DNA of 64,000 nucleotides from Parcubacteria bacterium C7867-005 (GCA_001189165.1 LFCO01000003.1:190984-254983), one strand, 5' to 3'; shown: positions 9,525-18,694, numbered from the stretch's first letter. Numbers and translations: made by a program. The notes: generated by a model from the sequence alone, not told the origin.

Positions 9525-10796
9525 ATGAAAGAGTTTGTACAAAAATTGCGTTTGATTTTCTCTGAACCAATTTTGAGAAAAAGGATTTTTATCACCTTAG
9601 CTATCTTGGTGACCTTCAGGATACTTGCCGCGATCCCCATTCCCGGCATAGATACACTCAGACTCGAAAGTTTGTTTGCAGATAATCAATTCCTCAGTCT
9701 CTTGAATGTGTTCTCAGGTGGGGGACTCTCTACTCTTTCTATAGTGATGCTCGGAGTCAGTCCATATATTACTGCTTCTATCATCATGCAGCTCCTTACG
9801 CTCATGGTCCCCAAATTTAAATCCATGTATCAAGAAGAAGGAGATGCAGGTAGAAGGAGATTTTCCCAATACTCTAGGATACTCGCTGTACCACTCGCGG
9901 TCATCCAAGCATATAGCTTCATCGTACTCTTCCAGAGACAGGGAGTATTGCCACCGTTGTCCCTCATCTCTTTCATCGTCGACATGTCGGTTATCGTAGC
10001 TGGTTCCATGCTTTTGGTCTGGATCGGTGAATTGGTCACAGAGTTTGGGGTTGGTAACGGAGTGTCACTTATTATCTTTGCTGGTATCGTCTCTGCACTC
10101 CCCGCAAGTATCGGCCAGCTCATTTTCACTTTCAGTGTTGCCCAGATACCTGTCTACCTAGTTTCTCTTGTTGTGGTGCTTTTGGTGATTTATGGAGTGG
10201 TGTTTGTTACAGAAGCAGAGAGACCTATACCGATCACTTACGCCAAACAGGCGAGAGGCGGAGCTTCTACTGGGGGCATCTCTACATACCTTCCCTTGAG
10301 GGTTAACCAAGCTGGAGTGATACCTATTATTTTTGCCTTGTCTATACTTCTGTTCCCACAGATGATTCTTCAGTTTTTGAATACTTCGAAGATTGCAGCC
10401 GTAGCGGACACAGCTTCAAAGCTTCTTGCTCTACTAGCAAACCAGTGGTTCTACGGTATAGCGTATTTCGTACTAGTATTTTTGTTCACTTACTTCTATA
10501 CCGCGGTTACCGTGGATCCAGATCAGATGTCTACAAACCTACAAAAATCCGGTGCTTTTATCCCCGGTATCCGTCCTGGTCAATCTACAGCCGAGTACCT
10601 TTCTAAAGTGATCACACGACTCACGCTGGTTGGAGCATTGTTCCTCAGCTTCGTCGCTGTTCTGCCTCTTATATTGCGAGGTATAACAGGTATCCAATCA
10701 TTGGCTATCGGTGGTACAGGACTCCTCATCGTCGTTTCTGTGGTTATTGATCTTATGAAGAAGATCAACGCTCAAGTTTCTGTGAGGGAATATTAG
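9525..10796 (+). CDS. secY: preprotein translocase SecY
   Basis: 423 aa, 10 TM pattern, SecY motifs. Confidence 0.95.
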   Translation: MKEFVQKLRLIFSEPILRKRIFITLAILVTFRILAAIPIPGIDTLRLESLFADNQFLSLLNVFSGGGLSTLSIVMLGVSPYITASIIMQLLTLMVPKFKSMYQEEGDAGRRRFSQYSRILAVPLAVIQAYSFIVLFQRQGVLPPLSLISFIVDMSVIVAGSMLLVWIGELVTEFGVGNGVSLIIFAGIVSALPASIGQLIFTFSVAQIPVYLVSLVVVLLVIYGVVFVTEAERPIPITYAKQARGGASTGGISTYLPLRVNQAGVIPIIFALSILLFPQMILQFLNTSKIAAVADTASKLLALLANQWFYGIAYFVLVFLFTYFYTAVTVDPDQMSTNLQKSGAFIPGIRPGQSTAEYLSKVITRLTLVGALFLSFVAVLPLILRGITGIQSLAIGGTGLLIVVSVVIDLMKKINAQVSVREY

Positions 10797-10810
10797 GGTA
10801 GAATAGGGGG

Positions 10811-11416
10811 GTGGATTTACAGACTTTTATTTTTATAGGACGCTCTGGTTGTGGCAAGGGCACACAAGCTACCTTGCTCAAGGACCGGATTCATAACCAC
10901 GATCTGGAGAAACGACAGATACTCTACATAGAGACCGGGGATAAGTTCAGAGAGTTTATCCGAGGTAGAGGTTTTTCTGCGCTCCTTTCAAAAGAAATTT
11001 ATGACAGGGACGACCGACAGCCGGATTTCCTTGCGTGTTTTATGTGGTCTAACATGCTCCTTGAAGAACTCGAGGACAACATGCATCTTGTTTTCGATGG
11101 AGCTCCACGATCTCTTTCGGAAGCGAGGTTGCTTACTACCGCATTAGCATTCTACAAAAGGAAAAACACGGTGGTTATACATTTGAATGTTAGTCGCAAA
11201 TGGTCCGAGGAGAGATTATTGTCCAGAGGTAGATCTGATGACGCGAGTCTCTCTAAGATAAACAAAAGATTGGATTGGTTTGATAAAGATGTAGTTCCTG
11301 CTTTAGATTTTTTTAAAAATACTCCAGGTTTCAAATTTATAGAAGTGAATGGAGAACAGAGTATAGAGAATGTGCATAGAGAGATTGTTTCAAAATACGA
11401 CAATGATAAAGCTTAA
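10811..11416 (+). CDS. adk: adenylate kinase (GTG start)
   Basis: P-loop GRSGCGKGTQA; position after secY. Confidence 0.8.
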   Translation: MDLQTFIFIGRSGCGKGTQATLLKDRIHNHDLEKRQILYIETGDKFREFIRGRGFSALLSKEIYDRDDRQPDFLACFMWSNMLLEELEDNMHLVFDGAPRSLSEARLLTTALAFYKRKNTVVIHLNVSRKWSEERLLSRGRSDDASLSKINKRLDWFDKDVVPALDFFKNTPGFKFIEVNGEQSIENVHREIVSKYDNDKA

Positions 11417-12170
11417 AACCAAAGAAGAAATAGAGACATTAAAGGCCGGAGGCAAGAGGCATGGAGAAATATTGCGGGAACTTTCGAAGATGGTTGCTCC
11501 AGGTGTTTCCACACTTATCCTAGAAGAGGAGGCCAGGCGCATGATCAGAGAAGGGGGAGATAAGCCTGCGTTTTTGGGCTATACACCAGCTGGGGCCGGC
11601 CGGGCATTCCCTGCTGCTCTTTGTGTTTCTATAAACCAAGAAATTGTCCACGGTATACCCAATGAGGCTTCTAGGATCATAAATGATGGAGACATCGTTT
11701 CTCTTGATTTGGGCTTAGTACACGGCGGTCTGATAACTGATGCGGCGATCACGGTTCCTGCTGGGGCCATAGATGATGAATCCAGAAAGTTAATCGAAGT
11801 GGCCCGTAACGCACTCGTCGCTGGTATAAACGAAGTACATCCTGGGGGATTTGTCGGAGATATCAGTCAGGCGATATCTGATGTGGTGAGGAAGTCAGGG
11901 TTTTCTTTGGCTGAAGATTTGGCTGGGCACGGAGTTGGTTATGCCGTGCACGAAGATCCATTTGTGCCAAATGTCGGACGAAGGGGTACTGGAGAACAGT
12001 TGGTCCCGGGGATGGTGATTGCCATAGAGCCGATGGTGAATGCAGGCAAGTCGGGGATCAAACTTTCTAAGGATGGTTACACGATTCGTACTAAAGATGG
12101 TTTACGTAGTGCACATTTTGAACACACAGTAGCTGTCACAGATGAAGGGTGTGTGATCCTCACGGCCTAA
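11403..12170 (+). CDS. map: methionine aminopeptidase type I
   Basis: MAP fold motifs (GIPNEASRIINDGDIVSLD; HGVGYAVHEDP); ATG at 11403 chosen over the longer 11370 ORF. Confidence 0.85.
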   Translation: MIKLKTKEEIETLKAGGKRHGEILRELSKMVAPGVSTLILEEEARRMIREGGDKPAFLGYTPAGAGRAFPAALCVSINQEIVHGIPNEASRIINDGDIVSLDLGLVHGGLITDAAITVPAGAIDDESRKLIEVARNALVAGINEVHPGGFVGDISQAISDVVRKSGFSLAEDLAGHGVGYAVHEDPFVPNVGRRGTGEQLVPGMVIAIEPMVNAGKSGIKLSKDGYTIRTKDGLRSAHFEHTVAVTDEGCVILTA

Positions 12171-12226
12171 ATTTGCTTTGGTTTCTATAATAATTTTCTA
12201 TGCTATACTCTTCTCACTTATAATTT

Positions 12227-12835
12227 TTGTATATGAATCATCCAAAAAAAGAAAGGAGTTTTGTAGCAGTTAAGCATGACGGAGTGCAGAGGACTCTGGT
12301 GGGAGAGGTTATTAAGCGCATAGAGAGGACTGGACTGAAGATCGTCGCTCTCAAGATGTTTGTACCAACAAGGGACAGGGCTATAGAGCATTACGGTAAG
12401 GACGATAAGTGGTGCGAGGAGAAAGGGTCTTACTTAATTGAAGGGATGAAGGCCAAGGGAGAGACTCCAAATAAACCTGCTCAAGAATATGGTCGAGAGA
12501 TTGTGGAGACTGTTATCAAGTACTTCACAATGGGTCCAGTGGTGGGGTTTGTGGTTGAGGGGGCTCATGCTGTAGACGTTGTAAAGAAGTTGGCCGGAAG
12601 TACCGAGCCAAGCAAATCGGACGTTGGTACTATTAGAGGAGATTACAACATAGACTCTTATCTTTCCGCTAATCTAAATGGTAGAGCAGTAAGAAATATC
12701 ATGCATTGCTCAGACAAACCAGAGGAGGCCGAGAGGGAAATAAAAATTTGGTTCAAAGACGAAGAAATCATAAACTACAAATCAATCCAAGAGGCGATGT
12801 TGTATGATGTGAATCTTGACGGTATTTTGGAGTAA
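12227..12835 (+). CDS. ndk: nucleoside diphosphate kinase (with internal insertion)
   Basis: ERSFVAVKHDGVQRTLVGEVIKRIERTGLKIVALKM and active-site HCSD (HGSD); about 50 aa insertion relative to canonical NDK. Confidence 0.75.
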   Translation: MYMNHPKKERSFVAVKHDGVQRTLVGEVIKRIERTGLKIVALKMFVPTRDRAIEHYGKDDKWCEEKGSYLIEGMKAKGETPNKPAQEYGREIVETVIKYFTMGPVVGFVVEGAHAVDVVKKLAGSTEPSKSDVGTIRGDYNIDSYLSANLNGRAVRNIMHCSDKPEEAEREIKIWFKDEEIINYKSIQEAMLYDVNLDGILE

Positions 12836-12935
12836 TGCTCGAGTTCGTGAGGTTTTAAGCCTCTTTTCAAAATATTTGGAGTAATCAACAGATTTTATTT
12901 GTGCAGTTTTTATTTATGAGGAGTATAATCTGTGA

Positions 12936-13093
12936 AGGGTTATTTGAGGTATTATCTAGCAAACAATTTTCAGGGAGCCTCACATTACTCGAGACCTTGG
13001 TCTCCAGTTGCGGGCACCCACCTAGTATCACTACTAGGGTATACTGAAAATAACCCTACCAAAGCTCCTGACCACGGTCAGGATTTTTGTTTC
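12936..13093 (+). ncRNA. candidate small RNA or small ORF (43 codons) with its own promoter and terminator
   Basis: TTGTGC(12899)-19nt-TATAAT(12924); internal perfect hairpins (CCTAGTA/TACTAGG; GAGACC/GGTCTC); terminator CCTGACC-ACG-GGTCAGG plus T-run at 13067-13093. Confidence 0.3.
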
Positions 13094-13125
13094 AAGAGCA
13101 TTTAACCGTCTGTTATAATAGATCA

Positions 13126-13521
13126 GTGGTACACAAAACTCTTTCACGCGCATTCGGACTCCTGATTCTGCTCCTCGCCCTACACCTTATGGGTAGTATT
13201 TTTTATTATTATTGGGAATTCTGGTGGTTTGATAACTTCATGCATTTCCTCGGGTCTTTCGCCCTCGGTTTATTTATCATTTGGTTTGTTTTCCTGTCGG
13301 AACTTTTTTGGAAGTCTGTGCCGAACAAGAAAACCATTTTCTTTGCAGTCATACTCTCCATGATCGTCATCGGTGGTGTTTGGGAGTTGTTCGAATATAC
13401 AAATAACCTTACAGAATCCACAGAGGGTTATACCAAAGATGTCGTGCATGACATGATCTCCGTGTTTGTCGGCGCAGTGCTCGCTGGATATGTCGGCAGT
13501 AGAGAAAATAAAAATGTCTAA
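13126..13521 (+). CDS. hypothetical small membrane protein
   Basis: Hydrophobic/aromatic-rich ORF; extended -10 TGTTATAAT at 13111-13119 then GTG 13126; alternative ATG at 13189. The TTG 13087 start is rejected because it overlaps the upstream terminator. Confidence 0.5.
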   Translation: MVHKTLSRAFGLLILLLALHLMGSIFYYYWEFWWFDNFMHFLGSFALGLFIIWFVFLSELFWKSVPNKKTIFFAVILSMIVIGGVWELFEYTNNLTESTEGYTKDVVHDMISVFVGAVLAGYVGSRENKNV

Positions 13522-14878
13522 GCCAACACTATCTTGTTTCGGTGGGGTTGGATATGTTACTGGTGCTAACTTTTTATTAGAGACAGAAACGAGCAAATCC
13601 CTAATCGATTGCGGTCTGCTCCAAGGAGTAGAGAATTCTGATGGTATAAATGCAGATAAGTTTGATTATGATCCAGCCACTATAGATTTTTTGTTTATAA
13701 CCCATGCGCACATAGACCACATCGGCAGAGTACCAAAATTAGTGAAGGATGGTTTTAAGGGGGTGATATATTCGACAAAGGAGACCAAGGAACTATCCCG
13801 CCTCATGCTAGAAGATATGGCCAGGATAAACGAGTCGAATGCGCAAGAGAGAGGGGTTGAACCGATCTATACCAACATACACGCTGAGCAGGCTCTTAAT
13901 CTATGGCAAGCAATCCCATATCATGAGTCCAAAAAATTTGCTGACTTTAGTCTAGATTTATTTGATGCGGGCCATATCCTCGGTTCTGCCATGTATAAAT
14001 TCACCTTCCCTAGTGGCAAGTCCATGCTGTTCACTGGAGATTTGGGTAATTCGCCCTCACCATTGCTCCGAGATACAGAGAAAATTGTTGGGGTTGATTA
14101 TATATTGATGGACTCCGTTTATGGAGATAGGAATCATGAGGACCACTCCGAGAGAGATCGCCGATTCAAGGAGATAGTTAATGAAGTCATAGCAAAAAAG
14201 GGGACACTACTCATCCCAGTTTTCTCTTTAGAGCGTACTCAGGTGCTTCTTTTTGAACTTGATAATCTACTCGAATCGAAACAGATTGCCCCTGTGTCTG
14301 TATTCCTTGATTCACCACTGGCTATTCGTATAACCGCGGTTTATGAGAGAACGGATAGTGAGTACAACAAAGATGTCCAAAAAGAACTTTCTGGCGGAGA
14401 TGATATTTTTAGGTTCCCCAAACTTCGCATGACGGGCAAAGTGAGGGATTCTATGCAGATCGCAAACGAAAATGGCCCAAAGATTATCCTCGCTGGTTCA
14501 GGGATGTCTACTGCTGGACGAATACTTGGGCACGAAGCAAATTTCCTCCCAGATCCGAATGCCACACTTTTGTTGGTTGGCTATCAGGCACCGGGAACTC
14601 TGGGTCGGGTGATAGAAGAGGGGGCCAAGCAAGTAACAATCAAAGGACAAAATATACCTGTCCGTGCTCGTATAGAAAAAATAGATGGCTTCTCCGCTCA
14701 TAAGGGGTCAGATGGTTTGGTAGACTTTGTGGCAGACACCAAAGATTCCGTCAAGAAAGTTTTTGTCACTATGGGTGAACCCAGGTCGTCTATCTTTCTA
14801 GCCCAACGCCTAAAGGATGAATTGGATGTAGATGCTCTGGTGCCAGAGAGGGGAAAGAGATATGAACTAGATCTATAA
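13514..14878 (+). CDS. MBL-fold (beta-CASP type) metallo-hydrolase, probable ribonuclease
   Basis: HAHIDHIG metallo-beta-lactamase motif, D/H-rich downstream region typical of the RNA-metabolising beta-CASP family. Confidence 0.7.
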   Translation: MSKPTLSCFGGVGYVTGANFLLETETSKSLIDCGLLQGVENSDGINADKFDYDPATIDFLFITHAHIDHIGRVPKLVKDGFKGVIYSTKETKELSRLMLEDMARINESNAQERGVEPIYTNIHAEQALNLWQAIPYHESKKFADFSLDLFDAGHILGSAMYKFTFPSGKSMLFTGDLGNSPSPLLRDTEKIVGVDYILMDSVYGDRNHEDHSERDRRFKEIVNEVIAKKGTLLIPVFSLERTQVLLFELDNLLESKQIAPVSVFLDSPLAIRITAVYERTDSEYNKDVQKELSGGDDIFRFPKLRMTGKVRDSMQIANENGPKIILAGSGMSTAGRILGHEANFLPDPNATLLLVGYQAPGTLGRVIEEGAKQVTIKGQNIPVRARIEKIDGFSAHKGSDGLVDFVADTKDSVKKVFVTMGEPRSSIFLAQRLKDELDVDALVPERGKRYELDL

Positions 14879-14880
14879 AA

Positions 14881-14910
14881 AAACTCCGGAGAGATCCGGA
14901 GTTTTTTTAT
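14881..14910. terminator. bidirectional intrinsic terminator between convergent genes
   Basis: AAACTCCGG-AGAGAT-CCGGAGTTTTTTTATTTT. Confidence 0.7.
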
Positions 14911-15272
14911 TTTGTTTTGATTGCAGATGCTACGGCTTTCTCTAGAACTTTCTTGAATATGGCTGGGTGATTCTCTGCGAGGTCAGCGAGGACTTTGCGG
15001 TCGAGGGCGATATCGTTTTTCTTGAGGTTTGCGATGAATTTAGAGTATGTAGTGCCGAGTTCACGGAGAGCGGCGTTCATGCGTACGTTCCAAAGTCTGC
15101 GGAAATCACCTTTCTTATCTTTCCTGTGAGCAAATGAGTAAGTACCAGCATGGAAGATAGCTTCATTTGCCTGGCGTTCCTTAGTTGATCTGCCGTGTCT
15201 GTAGCCCTTAACTTTGCGGAGGATATTCTTTCTGGATTTGAGGGCATTAACACCCTTTTTGACTCTGGTCAT
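14907..15272 (-). CDS. rplT: 50S ribosomal protein L20
   Basis: MTRVKKGVNALKSRKNILRKVKGY... canonical L20. Confidence 0.95.
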   Translation of the reverse strand: MTRVKKGVNALKSRKNILRKVKGYRHGRSTKERQANEAIFHAGTYSFAHRKDKKGDFRRLWNVRMNAALRELGTTYSKFIANLKKNDIALDRKVLADLAENHPAIFKKVLEKAVASAIKTK

Positions 15273-15276
15273 GGTT

Positions 15277-15468
15277 TTATAGGTTTACTAGGTATCTGCT
15301 CCTTTCTTTATTCGACATATGGAATTCTACTTTGCCCCCCTTACCACCCTTGGCAGCATGCCTCTCTTTGGAGTTGAAGTGGTTCTGACCGGTTTTACGT
15401 GCCAAAATCTTGCCATTTTTGGTGACCTTGAGGCGCTTTGAGTAGGATTTATTGGTCTTCATGGCCAT
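15277..15468 (-). CDS. rpmI: 50S ribosomal protein L35
   Basis: 63 aa basic protein, L35-like, between infC and rplT. Confidence 0.9.
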   Translation of the reverse strand: MAMKTNKSYSKRLKVTKNGKILARKTGQNHFNSKERHAAKGGKGGKVEFHMSNKERSRYLVNL

Positions 15469-15554
15469 AAATATGTGGGTTTGCCGAGTAGGCTAGGTGT
15501 CTTATATTACTTATTTATCAGAGAATGTCCAGCCTTGAGTCCGAGCTAGCCTGT

Positions 15555-16064
15555 CTAGGCCTTCTCCAAGATAGTGGTCATGCCTTTTGGGCTTTTTTTA
15601 GCTGGATCTGCAACTTTGTACTCGACGGTCACTAACTTGAGCATCCTTTCCAGGCGTTCCTTGAGGAATTTTTCATCTAGGTATTTAGCCCTACCAGGTA
15701 AGAATAGGTCGATTTTGACCCTATTTCCTTCACCGAGCCACTCAGATGTTTTCCTGGCCTTGAGGTTTAGGTCGTGGTCACCTGTACCTAGTTTGACCTG
15801 AACTGTCTTTACTTCCACGGAGTGAGACTTGGATTTGGCTTGCTTCTGCTTCTTGTTTTCCTCGTACTGATACTTACCAAAGTCGGCTATCTTGGCGACT
15901 GGGGGAGTTGCGTTGGGGGATATCTCTATTAAATCTAGATCAAGATCTCGGGCATTTTTTAAGGCTTCTTCGAGGGTGACTACACCAAAATTCTCTCCTT
16001 TTGGACCTATGACACGGAGTTCTCGTGCCCTGATCTGCATATTAACTCTGACTTGTGTACTCAA
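15555..16064 (-). CDS. infC: translation initiation factor IF-3
   Basis: IRARELRVIGPKGE... IF3 N-domain and C-domain; exact start uncertain (TTG 16064 or ATG 16040). Confidence 0.85.
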   Translation of the reverse strand: MSTQVRVNMQIRARELRVIGPKGENFGVVTLEEALKNARDLDLDLIEISPNATPPVAKIADFGKYQYEENKKQKQAKSKSHSVEVKTVQVKLGTGDHDLNLKARKTSEWLGEGNRVKIDLFLPGRAKYLDEKFLKERLERMLKLVTVEYKVADPAKKSPKGMTTILEKA

Positions 16065-16169
16065 AATCTTTATTCTGCGGTTTATTTCTAATTGGGCAAA
16101 TTATACCAGTGAGGAGGCCTTCCCACAAGGAAGGAGGGGATTCGAGTATTTGGTGTAGAGCAATTTTGC

Positions 16170-16640
16170 ATGTACAATTTTTGTATGGAACTAAAACACA
16201 AAACGCCAACCCTTGATGAAGTGAAGGAAAAGAGACCGATCCTCCGCAACCCCGTAAGAGAAACCAAGCTCTCTTTGCCGTACTTGGACGCATTCGCGCT
16301 TGTCATCACACGCAAGGTGGGTTCGATGGGTTTCTTTTTCTTGCTTTGTTTATGGACGGTTGCCTGGCTTCTGTGGAATGTTTATGCACCGATCGAATTG
16401 AGGTTTGATCCAGCGCCCGCATTTGTCATCTGGTTGTTTATTTCTAACCTCATACAGTTAGTACTTTTGCCTATGGTTATGGTGGCACAGAATATCGAAG
16501 GGAGGGTTGCTGATCAGAGAGCACAAGATGATTTTGAGATAAACAGTAGATCAGAAAAAGAAATAGAAGTTATCCTCGCTCACCTTGAAAATCAAAACGA
16601 ACTCCTCATGGAGCTTTCTAAGAAGATAGATAAAAAATAA
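16170..16640 (+). CDS. DUF1003-like membrane protein
   Basis: Two TM helices followed by conserved FDPAPAFVIWLFISNLIQLVLLPMVMVAQN, coiled-coil tail. Confidence 0.6.
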   Translation: MYNFCMELKHKTPTLDEVKEKRPILRNPVRETKLSLPYLDAFALVITRKVGSMGFFFLLCLWTVAWLLWNVYAPIELRFDPAPAFVIWLFISNLIQLVLLPMVMVAQNIEGRVADQRAQDDFEINSRSEKEIEVILAHLENQNELLMELSKKIDKK

Positions 16641-16705
16641 GATAGACAAAATAAACAAGAAAGTCGCACTACGTGCGACTGGTATCTATCCGGTATCCCA
16701 CTGAC

Positions 16706-16757
16706 CCCCGTGTCAACCTGCCAGGTTGACACGGGGGCTACTGTTTTTGCTTTTCCT
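16706..16757. terminator. strong hairpin/terminator (second hairpin at 16663-16681)
   Basis: Perfect 14-bp stem CCCCCGTGTCAACC/GGTTGACACGGGGG followed by CTACTGTTTTTGCTTTT; a second perfect hairpin AGTCGCAC-TAC-GTGCGACT lies upstream. Confidence 0.6.
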
Positions 16758-17013
16758 TTCCCAACACCTTGATTCTGAGATCGAGACCGATCGACTTGAG
16801 GTTTGCCTGAAGCTTGCCGAGAGCGGTGAACGATAGTCCAGTCGCCGTGCCGGTGATGGCTATCCATGGACCATCGTCTTTTTCGAACTCCGTGCCAAAG
16901 GCGGCGTCTATATCGCCCATGGGCCACTTACCTCTGCCGACGGTGACAGGCGCAAAGTCACGCTTTGCATCAAAGAACACAACTTCGAGGGGAAGGTTCA
17001 CCCGGTATCGCAT
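16738..17013 (-). CDS. hypothetical protein (GC-rich module, downstream partner)
   Basis: 91 aa ORF in a GC-rich segment; no domain recognised. Confidence 0.45.
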   Translation of the reverse strand: MRYRVNLPLEVVFFDAKRDFAPVTVGRGKWPMGDIDAAFGTEFEKDDGPWIAITGTATGLSFTALGKLQANLKSIGLDLRIKVLGKEKQKQ

Positions 17014-17108
17014 GTCGTTCTCTGGGTTGGAGTGGTCTATGTTCGATACTATGCTTGTGGTTAATCAGTGTCAATGAAGAAGCGCACACCGTGAGGTGTG
17101 CGCTGTTG

Positions 17109-17657
17109 CTACCGAGGAATCGGTGCTGAGTCGGGCATGGTGGACGTCTCGATTTGATCGAGGATCTTCTGCTCATCCTGCGGACCGATCTCACCTCGGT
17201 TCACCAGGCGATAGAGGGCTTCCCTCGCGCCGGCCTTGGTGTTGGCCTCAGTGCCCTCCACCACCTGGTCGTTCTTGAGGATCGCGCTTTTCGGCGGATC
17301 CCCATCAGCCATGAGGAATTCGTACGAGCTCTTCTGGGGGGAGACGGCCGGGGCCAAGATCACGATGATTGCCCTGATTCCCTTGACTTCATCGAGGGAT
17401 GTGCGGTGGGGGAGGCCGGACGAGCGGATGTCGTTCTCGATTGCCGCTTTGTCTTTCAGCGGGATTCTTCCGGCGCGGAGGTTCTTCTCAAGGTGTTCGA
17501 TGGCCTGGCTCTGGCTTGTGTATGGGCCAGAAGCGGGCATCCCCTCCGGATCGAAGTAGTGCCCGTGCCGTGTGTGCAGATTGCAGGGCTCGCATCGACG
17601 GAAGCTGTGCCTCCCGGTAAAATCGGTGCCGGCTGCTGCTATTGCCAAACTCGCCAT
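17109..17657 (-). CDS. hypothetical protein with Cys/His-rich motif (GC-rich module)
   Basis: ORF with GAGGAC RBS before ATG 17657; motif FRRCEPCNLHTRHGHYFDPEG; higher GC than flanks. The antisense ORF 17154..17687 is judged spurious. Confidence 0.5.
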   Translation of the reverse strand: MASLAIAAAGTDFTGRHSFRRCEPCNLHTRHGHYFDPEGMPASGPYTSQSQAIEHLEKNLRAGRIPLKDKAAIENDIRSSGLPHRTSLDEVKGIRAIIVILAPAVSPQKSSYEFLMADGDPPKSAILKNDQVVEGTEANTKAGAREALYRLVNRGEIGPQDEQKILDQIETSTMPDSAPIPR

Positions 17658-17753
17658 GGGCAGGTCCTCAGAGTAGGAGACGCGTGAGATTCTAATTAAG
17701 AGCTGGTTTGAGAATACGATAATATACTTTCGAAGATGTGTCAATTAAACAAA

Positions 17754-17777
17754 AACCACCATCTGGTGGTTTTTGTT
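17754..17777. terminator. bidirectional terminator downstream of ssrA
   Basis: AACCACC-ATCT-GGTGGTT flanked by an A-run and a T-run. Confidence 0.6.
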
Positions 17778-17801
17778 TAAGGTTGTTAGACCTTTATTCT
17801 G

Positions 17802-18202
17802 TGGAGGTGGTGGGATTGAACCCACGTCCATGAGGATATTTGAAACGGGTCTACAAGGCGTAGTTTAGCTTGGTGTTTAGATCTATGAACTAAAAGCTAG
17901 ACAAAACATTCATAGATCGAGCTCGATCTTAGATCCTGAAGTGAGCAGTTTCCGGATTGGAGTCAGGCAGATTATGCGCCCCCTAACTCATGCCTGGCAG
18001 TGAGGATAGAGAACGTTCGGTACGAAGAGTATTAAGCTCTTACGTATGCGAATGCGAAATCGTTTGCTCCATAAAATGGAGAAACTATTGACTTCGCCTG
18101 TGCAAGAGTTGATTTTGCACTTAGGGTTCCAACCTTTTAAAGAGTTGTTGGAGCTCTGCCTCGCACGGGTCAAAGATGTCTCGTGTCAAAACTGACACCC
18201 CC
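17802..18202 (-). ncRNA. ssrA: transfer-messenger RNA (tmRNA)
   Basis: Minus strand: 5' GGGGGUG pairs with 3' CACCUCC including the G3:U70 wobble; T-arm GGGUUCAAUCCCACC and discriminator A; lies immediately downstream of smpB; candidate tag reading frame ANDFAFAYVRA ending in TAA around 18032-18067. Confidence 0.75.
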
Positions 18203-18211
18203 ATATTTAAA

Positions 18212-18649
18212 TTACAACGATCGTTTCAGGTCCCTTTCGACATCGCGTTTTTTGATACTCTCCCGTTTGTCGAATTTCTTCTTTCCACGGGCGATAGCGA
18301 GGTCGAGCTTCAGGAACCTACCTTTATTATACACCGAAATAGGCACTATTGTCAATCCTCCTGTTCCCTCCGCATTTTTTAGTATTTCTATCTCTGGTTT
18401 GGATAATAGGAGTCTGCGGGCACGAAGTGGATCATAGTCCTTTGGAGCATTATTCGGTTGATGAGGTTCGATGTTCGCATTCAATAAATAAGCTTCATCT
18501 CCACGGATACCCACATAAGCCCCGGCCAGAGAGAGTTTACCTTCGCGGACAGACTTCACTTCGGTACCAGAAAGTTCGAGCCCTGCGTGCAGATGCTCGA
18601 GGATCTCATAGTTGAACTTGGCTTTGCGGTTTGTCGCATTCGTAGTCAT
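18212..18649 (-). CDS. smpB: SsrA-binding protein SmpB
   Basis: 145 aa; SmpB-like sequence (GTEVKSVREGKLSLAGAYV...). Confidence 0.9.
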   Translation of the reverse strand: MTTNATNRKAKFNYEILEHLHAGLELSGTEVKSVREGKLSLAGAYVGIRGDEAYLLNANIEPHQPNNAPKDYDPLRARRLLLSKPEIEILKNAEGTGGLTIVPISVYNKGRFLKLDLAIARGKKKFDKRESIKKRDVERDLKRSL

Positions 18650-18694
18650 ACGGCCATCATAGCAAAATCCAGATTTTTCGGTATAATACGGTCC

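Noticed and set aside
12953-13060. Possibility that the structured intergenic transcript is SRP RNA or 6S RNA
   Set aside because: No helix-8-like GGAA/AGCAGGG motifs of SRP RNA and no obvious 6S central-bubble architecture could be recognised by eye; left as a generic sRNA/small-ORF candidate.
13087-13125. TTG start at 13087 for the membrane protein
   Set aside because: It overlaps the upstream intrinsic terminator and precedes the extended -10 box; GTG 13126 or ATG 13189 is more plausible.
17154-17687. 177-aa plus-strand ORF (and 17236..17559, 17399..17620) antisense to the GC-rich gene 17109..17657
   Set aside because: High-GC segments keep all frames open. The minus-strand frame has an RBS-ATG and a partner gene in the same orientation; the antisense ORFs are Arg/Gly/Ala-rich as expected for GC artefacts.
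17988-18437. Short ORFs 17988..18173(-), 18176..18382(+), 18183..18437(+)
   Set aside because: They overlap the tmRNA gene or the smpB coding region; the tmRNA/SmpB interpretation explains the sequence better.
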